47,033 bases of DNA from a virus (Duplodnaviria > Caudoviricetes). The translations under genes were made by a program, and so were the position numbers. The notes below the pieces were generated by a model. The model did no database searches. It worked only from the letters and a program-made list of their open reading frames with translations, and was not told the DNA's origin. Shown here piece by piece: positions 36,188-44,449 of this stretch (the stretch's first letter is position 1; each line of letters opens with the position of its first letter). The stretch is taken from positions 1 to 47,033 of IMG/VR virus record IMGVR_UViG_3300025853_000159. One strand, 5' to 3'.

Positions 36188-37983
36188 TACTTCCCTTTCT
36201 TTGGTGTTTCAGGTTCTTTGCACAATTCCCAAGAGACATTCTTTTGACTGTGCTGCATATAAACGTGGTTTGATAAGTGTCCTTCGTAATCTCGCATTCC
36301 CGCCTTGCTTCGCCGTTTGCAGAGATCCAGCCGGAAGGTCCGGGGTACACCTGGTCCAACCCGCATCTCCGCCAGATTGATCATTTCCCGGCAAGTGTTG
36401 GCGATGATGCTGGAGCCAAAGCCTTTGTAAGCCATGTCCGAGGCAGTCATCATGTTTGCTGTTTTTGCGTCCATGGTCGCCTTCCCTGTGTGCTGCACGA
36501 GCATGATAATGGTTCCTGTATCCTTTGCCAATGGAACGAGCATCTTCGCCAACCATTCCGTCACATACTCCGCATCGGACAAATCCCCCCCGATGTACAT
36601 GGAAATGGGGTCCACCCAGAGGATGTCCGGCTTGTGACGCTCAATGGTTCGTTGGGCAATTTTCCCAAAGTCCATACCGACATGCTTCATCACTGTGCGA
36701 AATATCAAGTTCTCCTGAAGGATCTCATGCTCACTTGCAGTCAAGTCCATCGACTTACTCACTCCTTGGAATTGTTCTGCCAAATCCCCATCGTCGTTCT
36801 CATACTGAATCATGTAACTCTTGAGCGGCTTCATTGTTTTGATTCCAAAGAGATTTTTGCCGAGTCCCCAGTTCATCATGGCTTGCATGATGAGGGTAGA
36901 TTTTCCAGCTCCTGTCGGCCCAACAAACCCGGCAACCATCCCTTTGCAAAGCCACCGTTCCCCCAAAAGATTGTTTGGGTCGTTCTTTACATCGAAGTCC
37001 AGAAGCTTCCTCGGCCCGAACTCTGGACCTTCATCAGACTCATCCTTGGCATCCTCCCATGCTTCATAGTCCCGTGGCCCAATCCCCAGTCCTAAAAGCT
37101 TTTGCTCCTGATCCCCGCGGAAGGCTCCAGGAAGTCGGGAGTAGCGGGATGGGTTCTTGCATTGCCCATCAATCTCATACTCTTCGGGAAGAGAATCGTA
37201 GATCTTTTGTCGGCGTTGGTGGTACTGTTGAAGATTGATCGCATCAACATGAACCCATGCATGGATCGATTTTCCGCCAGAATCGATGAGGGCCGCGATA
37301 GGGAGTCCGGAATTGCGAAGAATCTTTTCCTGCTTCTCTTTGGAGATGTTGTCGGACTCCAGCAGGATGTATCGGTAATTGGTGACATCATCATTCGTTC
37401 CCCGTGAACCCCTTTTAATGGGATTGATCCGCACATAGTATCCAGTGACCTCCTCACCCCCATATTCAGTGGGGTGGAGACAATCCGTATCCCCATCAAT
37501 GCCACCAATCCATTTACGACAGGTCAGATGATTCATGCCAGAACCAGGTTTGCCATCACTCTGCACGGCTTCAATAGAAACGTAGTCTTCCGGATCAAAG
37601 CAGTACGAAAGGAACCGTTCAGTATCGTTGGGAACGTCTTCCTTCTTCGGGACGGACCTATGGAACTTACGTTTCCCTACTGCATTCCGCTCCAGTCGGG
37701 CATCGGCCTTTCCTAGCTCAGACCGAAATAAAGCATTGGCTCGTTCGATTTCAGCATTACAGGAGTCATGGAAGCAGTGAATTGTCGGGGGTAGTTCGTC
37801 ATGAATGCTGACACGGGTGTCTTTGCTTCCTGTCGGAGTTCTGTGTAGAAGATGCCCTGGGCATAAGCAGTACCCCGTCTGAGAATCCTGCCAATCGATA
37901 TTACCAAGAATGTTTCGAGCAATCTCTTTGTAATCTGTTGGCCCATCATCTTTCGTCCTTTTTCCTTCGATCTTTACTTTCAC
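36187..37983 (-). CDS. Primase-helicase (Zn-binding + AEP/RepB-like primase + AAA_25 RecA-like helicase)
   Basis: CPGH..H..CFHDSC; RINP, LESD, SGGKSIHAW, NPSRYSRLPG; GPTGAGKS, WVDP, QHTGK. Confidence 0.88.
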   Translation of the reverse strand: MKVKIEGKRTKDDGPTDYKEIARNILGNIDWQDSQTGYCLCPGHLLHRTPTGSKDTRVSIHDELPPTIHCFHDSCNAEIERANALFRSELGKADARLERNAVGKRKFHRSVPKKEDVPNDTERFLSYCFDPEDYVSIEAVQSDGKPGSGMNHLTCRKWIGGIDGDTDCLHPTEYGGEEVTGYYVRINPIKRGSRGTNDDVTNYRYILLESDNISKEKQEKILRNSGLPIAALIDSGGKSIHAWVHVDAINLQQYHQRRQKIYDSLPEEYEIDGQCKNPSRYSRLPGAFRGDQEQKLLGLGIGPRDYEAWEDAKDESDEGPEFGPRKLLDFDVKNDPNNLLGERWLCKGMVAGFVGPTGAGKSTLIMQAMMNWGLGKNLFGIKTMKPLKSYMIQYENDDGDLAEQFQGVSKSMDLTASEHEILQENLIFRTVMKHVGMDFGKIAQRTIERHKPDILWVDPISMYIGGDLSDAEYVTEWLAKMLVPLAKDTGTIIMLVQHTGKATMDAKTANMMTASDMAYKGFGSSIIANTCREMINLAEMRVGPGVPRTFRLDLCKRRSKAGMRDYEGHLSNHVYMQHSQKNVSWELCKEPETPKKGK

Positions 37984-39476
37984 TTCTTTCCTATTGTCTC
38001 ACTGATGAATCTTGTTGCGTCTTCGAAAGTTGCCATGCCGGGGTCAGGATACCGAAGTTTGGTCAATAGCCTGACTTGCTTTGGTGTGGCCAATCCTTCA
38101 CGTTGCCGAGTAAATAGTAGGTCCAGTACTTTGGATACATGCCCCCGGTTTGATATCCCGATATCATCCATCCCAAACTTTGCCAACGATTTCAATTGCC
38201 CCTCAGTCGGCGGCAGTAATTCCCATATGGTTTCCGGTTCGTAGCTGGCGACATCCGGGGCATGGATCAAGTTTAGGCAAAAATCCATGGCGTCCACGAT
38301 CCGGGCTTGCTTCCTACGATTGGCTTCCAACTCTTCCCGAAGTCGATCCATGTGATCAGCTTCTGCTTCTTCTTCCAACTCCAAAAGGTCGCTGCCTTCT
38401 TCTTCCATATGTTCATCCATCAACTCTACCATCTCTGGCTTGGAAGCCACCAGCCGAGCCGGAGTAATGAGCTTATGGCGATCTGTAAGGAACATTGGAT
38501 CAAGTAAAAGTAAATTCTCTTTACCCGGGTAAATCCGGGTTCCACGCCCTATGCACTGCTGGAACAAGCTCAGTGACCGGGTGGGGCGTAGCATAAATAC
38601 GCAGTCTGTCGGCGGGTGGTCCCACCCTGTGGTCAGAAGACTCGCATTGCAAATGACTTGGGCATCCCCCTTTGTGAATTCTGGCAATGCATTGCGATCC
38701 ACTCCATCCACATGCACCGCGTAAAGCCCTGCCCGTTCACAGGCATCCCGGAATTGTTTGGATATTTCGATCAGTGGCAGAAATACCACTGTTTTGCGAT
38801 CCGCAGCATGCTGCACCAGTAATTGGGCGGCTTCCTCCAAATGTGGCTCCAGTGCATGCCCAAGGTCATCTTCCCTGTAATCACCGTGCTTTGTGCGGAC
38901 TCCAGACAGGTCAATAGGCAGTGGTACGGACTTGATCAATATCCGGGACAGATATCCTTCACGAATGAGGCGTGGTAGTCCAATTTCGAAACTGATCTTC
39001 TCAAAGTACTCCCCTAGTTGTCTTCGGTCCTTCCTCCACGGTGTTGCCGTCAGACCCAGAACCTTCGCATTCGGGAAATGATTGAGAACTTCCTGTGCTT
39101 GTGCTCCCAGCGTATTTCGGTGTGCCTCATCCACAATGATGATGGAGAAATGATCATTGGGGTACTTGTAGAGGCGGCGGGAGATGGACTGCGTAGTGGC
39201 AACGACCACTTTGTCGTTCGGAGAGGCATGGAATGATGCTTGTTCAACACCTACTCTCCTCCCTGTGTACTGGTGAAACTTGTCGGCATTCTGGCGAACC
39301 AATTCCTTCGCGTCGGCGATGAACAAAGCTCTCCCGTTGGCTTTACTCATCAATGCCGATGCGATGATCGTTTTTCCGGCCCCCGTCGCCGCGATCCCCA
39401 GGATGCGTTGATGCTCCCAGAGATCGCGTTTGACGGCGTTAATAGCCTCTTGCTGGTACGGTCGAAGTTCCATCAA
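37980..39476 (-). CDS. Superfamily 2 DEAH helicase
   Basis: ATGAGKT, DEAH, TATP, LTTGWD, QCIGRGTR. Confidence 0.92.
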   Translation of the reverse strand: MMELRPYQQEAINAVKRDLWEHQRILGIAATGAGKTIIASALMSKANGRALFIADAKELVRQNADKFHQYTGRRVGVEQASFHASPNDKVVVATTQSISRRLYKYPNDHFSIIIVDEAHRNTLGAQAQEVLNHFPNAKVLGLTATPWRKDRRQLGEYFEKISFEIGLPRLIREGYLSRILIKSVPLPIDLSGVRTKHGDYREDDLGHALEPHLEEAAQLLVQHAADRKTVVFLPLIEISKQFRDACERAGLYAVHVDGVDRNALPEFTKGDAQVICNASLLTTGWDHPPTDCVFMLRPTRSLSLFQQCIGRGTRIYPGKENLLLLDPMFLTDRHKLITPARLVASKPEMVELMDEHMEEEGSDLLELEEEAEADHMDRLREELEANRRKQARIVDAMDFCLNLIHAPDVASYEPETIWELLPPTEGQLKSLAKFGMDDIGISNRGHVSKVLDLLFTRQREGLATPKQVRLLTKLRYPDPGMATFEDATRFISETIGKK

Positions 39477-39487
39477 GGAATTACCTT

Positions 39488-39955
39488 TTAGAAAGGAACT
39501 GAATCATTTTCTTCGTCCTCGTTCTCAACCGGAGCAGGAGCCGCATGGTTTTTCTTTGCCTTTTCTTTCGCAGAAGGTGCGGAGTCCGCAGGGATGTAGT
39601 AGGCGATGCGGTTGACCTTTTTCTCCTCACCATCCTTCATGTAGGTGTCGATCTTGAGGTGAACCCAGCAAGTGGTCCCGATAAAGTCGGTGACATCGAA
39701 TTCAACATCCTCGCCTTCTTCGATCTCACCTTGGAATGCCGAGGCGAACTGCTGCCATTTCCATTCCAAAGACTCCATAAACGGAATGGTTTCAGGGATT
39801 TTTCTGGAGGTTCCATCAACAAGGAATTCCAGTTTGGCCATTTTATTGCCAGACTTACTTGTGCCTTCGCACGCAGTGGCGAGGAGAACTTTGTAGTCCC
39901 CTTCTTCCAATGGTTCGTAGGACTTTGCTTCTTTAGCTTTGAATGATACTTTCAT
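39488..39955 (-). CDS. DUF669-like single-stranded DNA-binding protein
   Basis: PLEEGDY..SKSGNKM.KLEF; acidic tail ending DSVPF. Confidence 0.75.
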   Translation of the reverse strand: MKVSFKAKEAKSYEPLEEGDYKVLLATACEGTSKSGNKMAKLEFLVDGTSRKIPETIPFMESLEWKWQQFASAFQGEIEEGEDVEFDVTDFIGTTCWVHLKIDTYMKDGEEKKVNRIAYYIPADSAPSAKEKAKKNHAAPAPVENEDEENDSVPF

Positions 39956-39982
39956 GTATTCGTGTGTGTTTAGGTTTGTTTG

Positions 39983-41038
39983 TTATCCTTCCAACTTGGA
40001 GGAAAGGAATCCGATGACATCGGCGGCTTGTGGCTTGGTCAGTTTCGACCACATCCCGGCAGGTCCGTCAATTTTGTAGAACTGCCAAAGCTTTGTCAGT
40101 TGCTCAGGCTTGTGCCCCAAATCCTCGACGCATCGCAACCAAAGGTTTTTGCAGTTATTGATTTGCACTTCTGTTGCAGGCTCAGGAGTAGATTCTTCGG
40201 TGAGCGGATCGAAGGGGATATCATCCTCCTCCTCTTCTTCTTCCAAAGGCTGGACGGGTGCAAACTGTGGTTCCGGTTTTGGTTTTGCCTGCACCTTCTT
40301 TGGTTTTGGCTTTGCCGCAGCGTCACGCTTGTATGAGAAGGCTGGAGCAATCGCATCCCACTCCATTGGAAGAATGTCGTCGAGTTCGTGACGATTCTTT
40401 GCATCATAAGCCGCAGTATGGGTGGTGTACAGTAAACGCTCTTTTCCGCCAGCGACAATGTTTCCACGGTCACCTTCGGTAATGACTGTCTTGTAGTTCA
40501 TAAAGACCAGCAGATCCGCCCATTCTTTTATCAGCGGAGAAACATGCCGGGAGAGCTTGAGTTCGTAGCGGTCATAACTTCCAGCCCGACCAGGATCTTC
40601 ATGTTTCCTGCTGATACTGTGAGCCAAGATCATAACGTGCATTCCTGAATCCACCAATGCGTCCAATTTGCCGAGCAGACGGTCAAAGAGTTCCTTCACG
40701 TAAATGAACCCCTTGCCGTACCCAAACCCTTCAATGCCATCCTTGTTATGGATAGAGCACAGGTACTCAGTCGCCAATTTTTCAGCCCAGTCAATGGTAT
40801 CGATAACGAGCGTCTGATACCCATGGTGATCTTTGGTGAGATCAGTGACCGCAGACTCGATATGTTCCCACCCGTTGATGTCGTCAATTCGATCAACTTC
40901 CAAGTGGCGTGTGCCGCGTTCAACGTCGATGAACAAAGGCTTTGGAGCCCATGTACCGAACGTGCTTTTGCCAATTCCTTCCGGTCCGTAGAATACAGCC
41001 CGAACAGGTGCGGAGATTTTTCCTGATGATATTTTCAT
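39983..41038 (-). CDS. Sak4-like AAA_24 ATPase/recombinase
   Basis: YGPEGIGKST, VIDTIDWAE, GYGKG, ILAHS, AKNR. Confidence 0.85.
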   Translation of the reverse strand: MKISSGKISAPVRAVFYGPEGIGKSTFGTWAPKPLFIDVERGTRHLEVDRIDDINGWEHIESAVTDLTKDHHGYQTLVIDTIDWAEKLATEYLCSIHNKDGIEGFGYGKGFIYVKELFDRLLGKLDALVDSGMHVMILAHSISRKHEDPGRAGSYDRYELKLSRHVSPLIKEWADLLVFMNYKTVITEGDRGNIVAGGKERLLYTTHTAAYDAKNRHELDDILPMEWDAIAPAFSYKRDAAAKPKPKKVQAKPKPEPQFAPVQPLEEEEEEDDIPFDPLTEESTPEPATEVQINNCKNLWLRCVEDLGHKPEQLTKLWQFYKIDGPAGMWSKLTKPQAADVIGFLSSKLEG

Positions 41039-41042
41039 TTGT

Positions 41043-41504
41043 TTATACTTCTTTCAGTGTTGGTGCGTTTTGTTTGGTTGTACCAAATTCTTTACAAAGC
41101 TCATTTATGTGTTGAGCTATTACCATTGGAGGAGTCCCCGGAGGAAGTCCTGCTTTGACAATTTCTTCCACTCCACTGGTGGCGATGGAGCAATATTTTC
41201 GGAAGGTGTCTGAATCGCATCCGTAATCCGCAGCAAGTTTCTTATGGAGTCCCGGCAGGTTGTTGAACACCCTGGCTACAGAACCCGGCTTGAGGAAAAA
41301 CCCATCGTACTCGACTCCAGCTTCGATTTGTTTCTTCACATAACCTTCGAATGCCTTTATGGTCTTCGTCGCGGCTCCAGTGAGCTTCTTGTCCCTAGCG
41401 AACAGCTTCAGCACTTCCGGCACTTGTTCGTCGGGCACGTCACCCGGTTCGATTTTACCCTGAAGTAGGGCATCGCGTATTTTTTCAGCGTTATTTGTAT
41501 CCAT
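41043..41504 (-). CDS. Hypothetical protein resembling the C-terminal part of DUF2800/Gam-like recombination proteins
   Basis: GVEYDGFFLKPGSVAR and terminal APTL; position next to Sak4. Confidence 0.6.
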   Translation of the reverse strand: MDTNNAEKIRDALLQGKIEPGDVPDEQVPEVLKLFARDKKLTGAATKTIKAFEGYVKKQIEAGVEYDGFFLKPGSVARVFNNLPGLHKKLAADYGCDSDTFRKYCSIATSGVEEIVKAGLPPGTPPMVIAQHINELCKEFGTTKQNAPTLKEV

Positions 41505-41769
41505 TGTTTTTGAGTTCCTTTACTTCTTTCAGTTTTTTGAGTTTTTCAAGAGCTTGACGCTCCCATTTTCTTATTGTAGATTCTGGTATTCCTGTGATGC
41601 GGTGGAGTTCCCCACGGTTGAAAACTCGCCCAGGATGCATGATCGCAGCCCATTTATGCAATCGGATCAACCGATCATCCCTTGGCCCCTCGTCAAAAGG
41701 TTCCGGCAAGAGGGTTTGCTGCATCGGATTTGCAGCATGTTTCGACCTTCGATCCAGGCGACCCTTCAC
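41491..41769 (-). CDS. Sigma-70 region 4-like HTH protein
   Basis: FNRGELHRITGIPESTIRKWERQALEKLK; GTGA-coupled start with AGGAGG SD. Confidence 0.65.
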   Translation of the reverse strand: MKGRLDRRSKHAANPMQQTLLPEPFDEGPRDDRLIRLHKWAAIMHPGRVFNRGELHRITGIPESTIRKWERQALEKLKKLKEVKELKNNGYK

Positions 41770-42239
41770 GTCATTCGCTCCTCCTGTTTGTACCACTTTG
41801 GAGGCTGGGTCGGGTTGAGTTGCACTACCTTCACCCGAATGCCCACCTTGTCACCCCATGCCTTCTCGACCAGCAATTGGGCAACTTGGTTATCATCCTC
41901 CCAGAACTTGAGGTCAGTCATGCAATCCTCCAATGTCTTCGGAAAGTTTGTGCAGTCTGGCTTGGTGTCCTTCCAAAGCCACCCCGAAAACTTGTTGCTT
42001 TTCTTTTCTGACTTACGCCAGGGGTAGACATAACAGATCTGGAGTTGAAGTGGACCCGTCAGCATTTCCTTTGGGGCATGCTCCTGCAACAATGACCAAA
42101 ACATTCTTTGCATTTGCTTCCCTGCACTGGTCTTCTTCTTCCCCACGAACTGTTTGCCAGTCTTCCGGTTCTTCAGGATGGTGAGCCCTGCTTGGTGGGT
42201 GCTGGTCGGTGGTACGACTTCTAAGAAGAATTCAATCAT
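41766..42239 (-). CDS. rusA: RusA-family Holliday junction resolvase
   Basis: KPDCTNFPKTLEDC....WEDDNQV. Confidence 0.85.
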   Translation of the reverse strand: MIEFFLEVVPPTSTHQAGLTILKNRKTGKQFVGKKKTSAGKQMQRMFWSLLQEHAPKEMLTGPLQLQICYVYPWRKSEKKSNKFSGWLWKDTKPDCTNFPKTLEDCMTDLKFWEDDNQVAQLLVEKAWGDKVGIRVKVVQLNPTQPPKWYKQEERMT

Positions 42240-42604
42240 GACTCAATTGTGTGGAATGCTATGAGAGTTTTTTCAATAGTCTCTCCATATTGGACCAATT
42301 TATTGAACCAATCATCCATTTCTTTCTGTGATTCAAATCCTTCTGCTTGGTAAAGTGGAATGTCTGATTTCCTCCCACAAATATAGTGCATTGAGCCATC
42401 CCGATACTTTGAGATACATATTGTCCAGAATCCTGTGACCTTGATTGCCGCTACATCTTTATGCTTGGATCGATAAGGCTTCCCGCTCCAATGGTGGAGC
42501 ATTATTGGTGTATTTACGGGCCATGGTTTATCTCGGACCGTAGTGGTCTTGATTCCATCTCTCACTTTGTCAGCAAATCTGATGTCTAACGGTCGTTTAA
42601 TCAT
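42236..42604 (-). CDS. ASCH-domain protein
   Basis: FADKVRDGIKTTTVR (GxKxxTxR) and AEGFES. Confidence 0.75.
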   Translation of the reverse strand: MIKRPLDIRFADKVRDGIKTTTVRDKPWPVNTPIMLHHWSGKPYRSKHKDVAAIKVTGFWTICISKYRDGSMHYICGRKSDIPLYQAEGFESQKEMDDWFNKLVQYGETIEKTLIAFHTIES

Positions 42605-42981
42605 GTTATCGCTTGGTTGAGGTTGTCGCAAATCCACGTACTCAGGCTCTTCCCTTCTGCCTGGGCCGCTTTTACGTAAGCGTTCTTGCTATCCATCGCC
42701 ACTCTCAGGTGAATGTGTCCTTCCTTTACTGGCGGGGCTTTGTAGCCAGCAAGAAAAGAATCCACTATCTCTTTCTCTTCGTCGGAAAGATACCGATACC
42801 GGGCAGCACCTGGAGAATATAGCCTTCTGACGGCAAGAGCAGCAGGTTGGGGTGTCCAGCTCGCAAAAAGCCTGACCTCCGATTCTGGACCACAATAAAC
42901 ACCTTCCTGCGTATCATAAAGTGAGTTTTGTGGTGGCCCGACAAGTCGGAACCGATTGTTAATATTGATCGCAAGCATCAT
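42601..42981 (-). CDS. Protein with C-terminal ribbon-helix-helix (HicB/DUF1778-like)
   Basis: HIHLRV...KNAYVKAAQAEGKSLSTWI. Confidence 0.65.
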   Translation of the reverse strand: MMLAININNRFRLVGPPQNSLYDTQEGVYCGPESEVRLFASWTPQPAALAVRRLYSPGAARYRYLSDEEKEIVDSFLAGYKAPPVKEGHIHLRVAMDSKNAYVKAAQAEGKSLSTWICDNLNQAIT

Positions 42982-43190
42982 TTGACCTCCATTACTCCAC
43001 TGATCTTGCAGCGTGGGAATTGCTTAGAGAAAACTTCACGAGACTCCTCTTCTGTGTCGGCACTGATCATTTTTTGACCGTGATCAATATGACCGAACTC
43101 AAAGGGTTCGTACCAAAACACCAACCACTGTCGTTTCGGTTTTTGGAAACCCCGGAAGAGACATCCAAGTAATTTGAGTATTCTGTTCAT
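42978..43190 (-). CDS. Hypothetical protein
   Basis: Coupled to the downstream gene. Confidence 0.6.
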   Translation of the reverse strand: MNRILKLLGCLFRGFQKPKRQWLVFWYEPFEFGHIDHGQKMISADTEEESREVFSKQFPRCKISGVMEVK

Positions 43191-43207
43191 AGTTTGTTGA
43201 AAGTGAT

Positions 43208-43285
43208 GCACCCCGACAGGCGGTGGTTTTAGATGACAATAGAGACAATAACCGATGAGGGTTGTTGTGATGCCTGCCAGGGTGC
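43208..43285 (-). ncRNA. Putative RNA stem-loop element (14-bp closing stem)
   Basis: On the - strand GCACCCTGGCAGGC pairs fully with GCCTGTCGGGGTGC using two G-U pairs. Confidence 0.35.
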
Positions 43286-43290
43286 GAAAG

Positions 43291-43383
43291 TTAAGATCGT
43301 TTCGTGGTCAAGAAATACACCCCTACCAATAGAAGGGATATACCTGCTAGATATGTGAGGATGAAGTAGTCTGCGATTGTCAT
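43291..43383 (-). CDS. Small membrane peptide (30 aa)
   Basis: MTIADYFILTYLAGISLLLVGVYFLTTKRS; ATGA-coupled to denV. Confidence 0.5.
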   Translation of the reverse strand: MTIADYFILTYLAGISLLLVGVYFLTTKRS

Positions 43384-43733
43384 GATCGTTCCTTTATTCG
43401 TTGTTTAATGAGGGCAATAGCCTCCGCTGTTGGGGTCCAGTCGTTCCAGAGTGCTTTTGGGGTATCCTCCCAAGCCGCATGAAAAGACGTGACATTGAAT
43501 TTACGGCGTACGCATTCGACATACAGATCGTGATACCGATCAAATAAATAAAGTTGCTTATCGTAGAAGAACCGCACATGACCCGTCCCCAAAGTGAACT
43601 CAGTCGGTAGGTTCTCCAGCTTGCCCTTGCCAGAGGTTATCGCATTCGGGATGCGTTTGATCTCCCGATGCTCGGCAAGTAAGTGCTTGTCCGAGAGGTC
43701 ACGGGGAGGGATTCCTGCGTTGATGCGTGTCAT
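43380..43733 (-). CDS. denV: Pyrimidine-dimer DNA glycosylase / T4 endonuclease V family
   Basis: MTRIN...L.DKHLLAEHREIKRI, FTLGTGHVRFFYDK. Confidence 0.92.
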   Translation of the reverse strand: MTRINAGIPPRDLSDKHLLAEHREIKRIPNAITSGKGKLENLPTEFTLGTGHVRFFYDKQLYLFDRYHDLYVECVRRKFNVTSFHAAWEDTPKALWNDWTPTAEAIALIKQRIKERS

Positions 43734-43945
43734 TGGTAGTACTTTATGAGTTCTTCCGCTTCATTTTCGGTCAGGTATTCAGTCTCCCTGCTATGGTAGA
43801 CCCCATCATCCCATGTTTCGGGATCAAAATTTGTTTTGATGTAGTCTTCGACCTCATGAGGTTGGAGGACCATGTATTGCTCATGTGAGCTGTTTCCGCC
43901 TTTTTGCCACGCGTTGATTCTGTAGATGGTGTATTCTTTTTTCAT
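43730..43945 (-). CDS. Hypothetical protein
   Basis: ATGA-coupled to denV. Confidence 0.7.
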   Translation of the reverse strand: MKKEYTIYRINAWQKGGNSSHEQYMVLQPHEVEDYIKTNFDPETWDDGVYHSRETEYLTENEAEELIKYYQ

Positions 43946-43977
43946 GGTATAAAGTTATTGGTGAAGGTTTATATTCG

Positions 43978-44310
43978 TTACGCAACGACATCGACATGAA
44001 GGTGGAAAATTGAATCAACACCATTTCTTTTCAGTTCATTTTGGCCAATAGACTCCAAGCAGTCTCCGGTAACATTGTCAGACAGATCATCAATGTAATG
44101 GTAACTCAAAACCAAGTTACGACCGTTGTCGGTTGTAGTTAGTTCGCCTTTTTGTGCTGCTGCGATTTGCTCCGCTGTTGGGTTGATGATCTGAGCAGTA
44201 GCGGTATATTTTTCAGGGTGATCGTAACCAAATGCTGTAAATGCTGGTTCTACAGCAGATTTAATTAAAAGGGTTGCTTTAGGGGCTGAGATAATTTCTG
44301 TAATATTCAT
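43978..44310 (-). CDS. Hypothetical protein
   Basis: First gene after the promoter at about 44370-44410. Confidence 0.7.
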   Translation of the reverse strand: MNITEIISAPKATLLIKSAVEPAFTAFGYDHPEKYTATAQIINPTAEQIAAAQKGELTTTDNGRNLVLSYHYIDDLSDNVTGDCLESIGQNELKRNGVDSIFHLHVDVVA

Positions 44311-44371
44311 TTTCTGTCTTTCGTTTTGGACTTCCTGAAACCGTCAGGTCGGTGAGGTTTGTCCCTCAATG

Positions 44372-44407
44372 TGGTTAGAATATCCCACACTTATGCACCC
44401 ATGTCAA
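44372..44407 (-). promoter_or_regulatory. Sigma70-type promoter (TTGACA ... GATATTCT) with TTCTAAC box
   Basis: - strand reads TTGACAtgggtgcataagtgtggGATATTCTAACC. Confidence 0.55.
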
Positions 44408-44449
44408 CACTTTCTTGAAATTAATTCAAAAAAGTTTTCAGCCCTGTGT

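Noticed and set aside
36277-37095. 272-aa + strand ORF and other antisense or nested ORFs over primase, helicase, terminase, portal and capsid genes
   Set aside because: Shadow ORFs with no motifs or start signals, unlike the nested MTase frame.
44311-44372. Hammerhead ribozyme in the leader hairpins (CCTGA-cggtt-TCAGG, CGAAA)
   Set aside because: The CUGAnGA core is not matched and the three-stem junction cannot be built; treated as ordinary leader hairpins.
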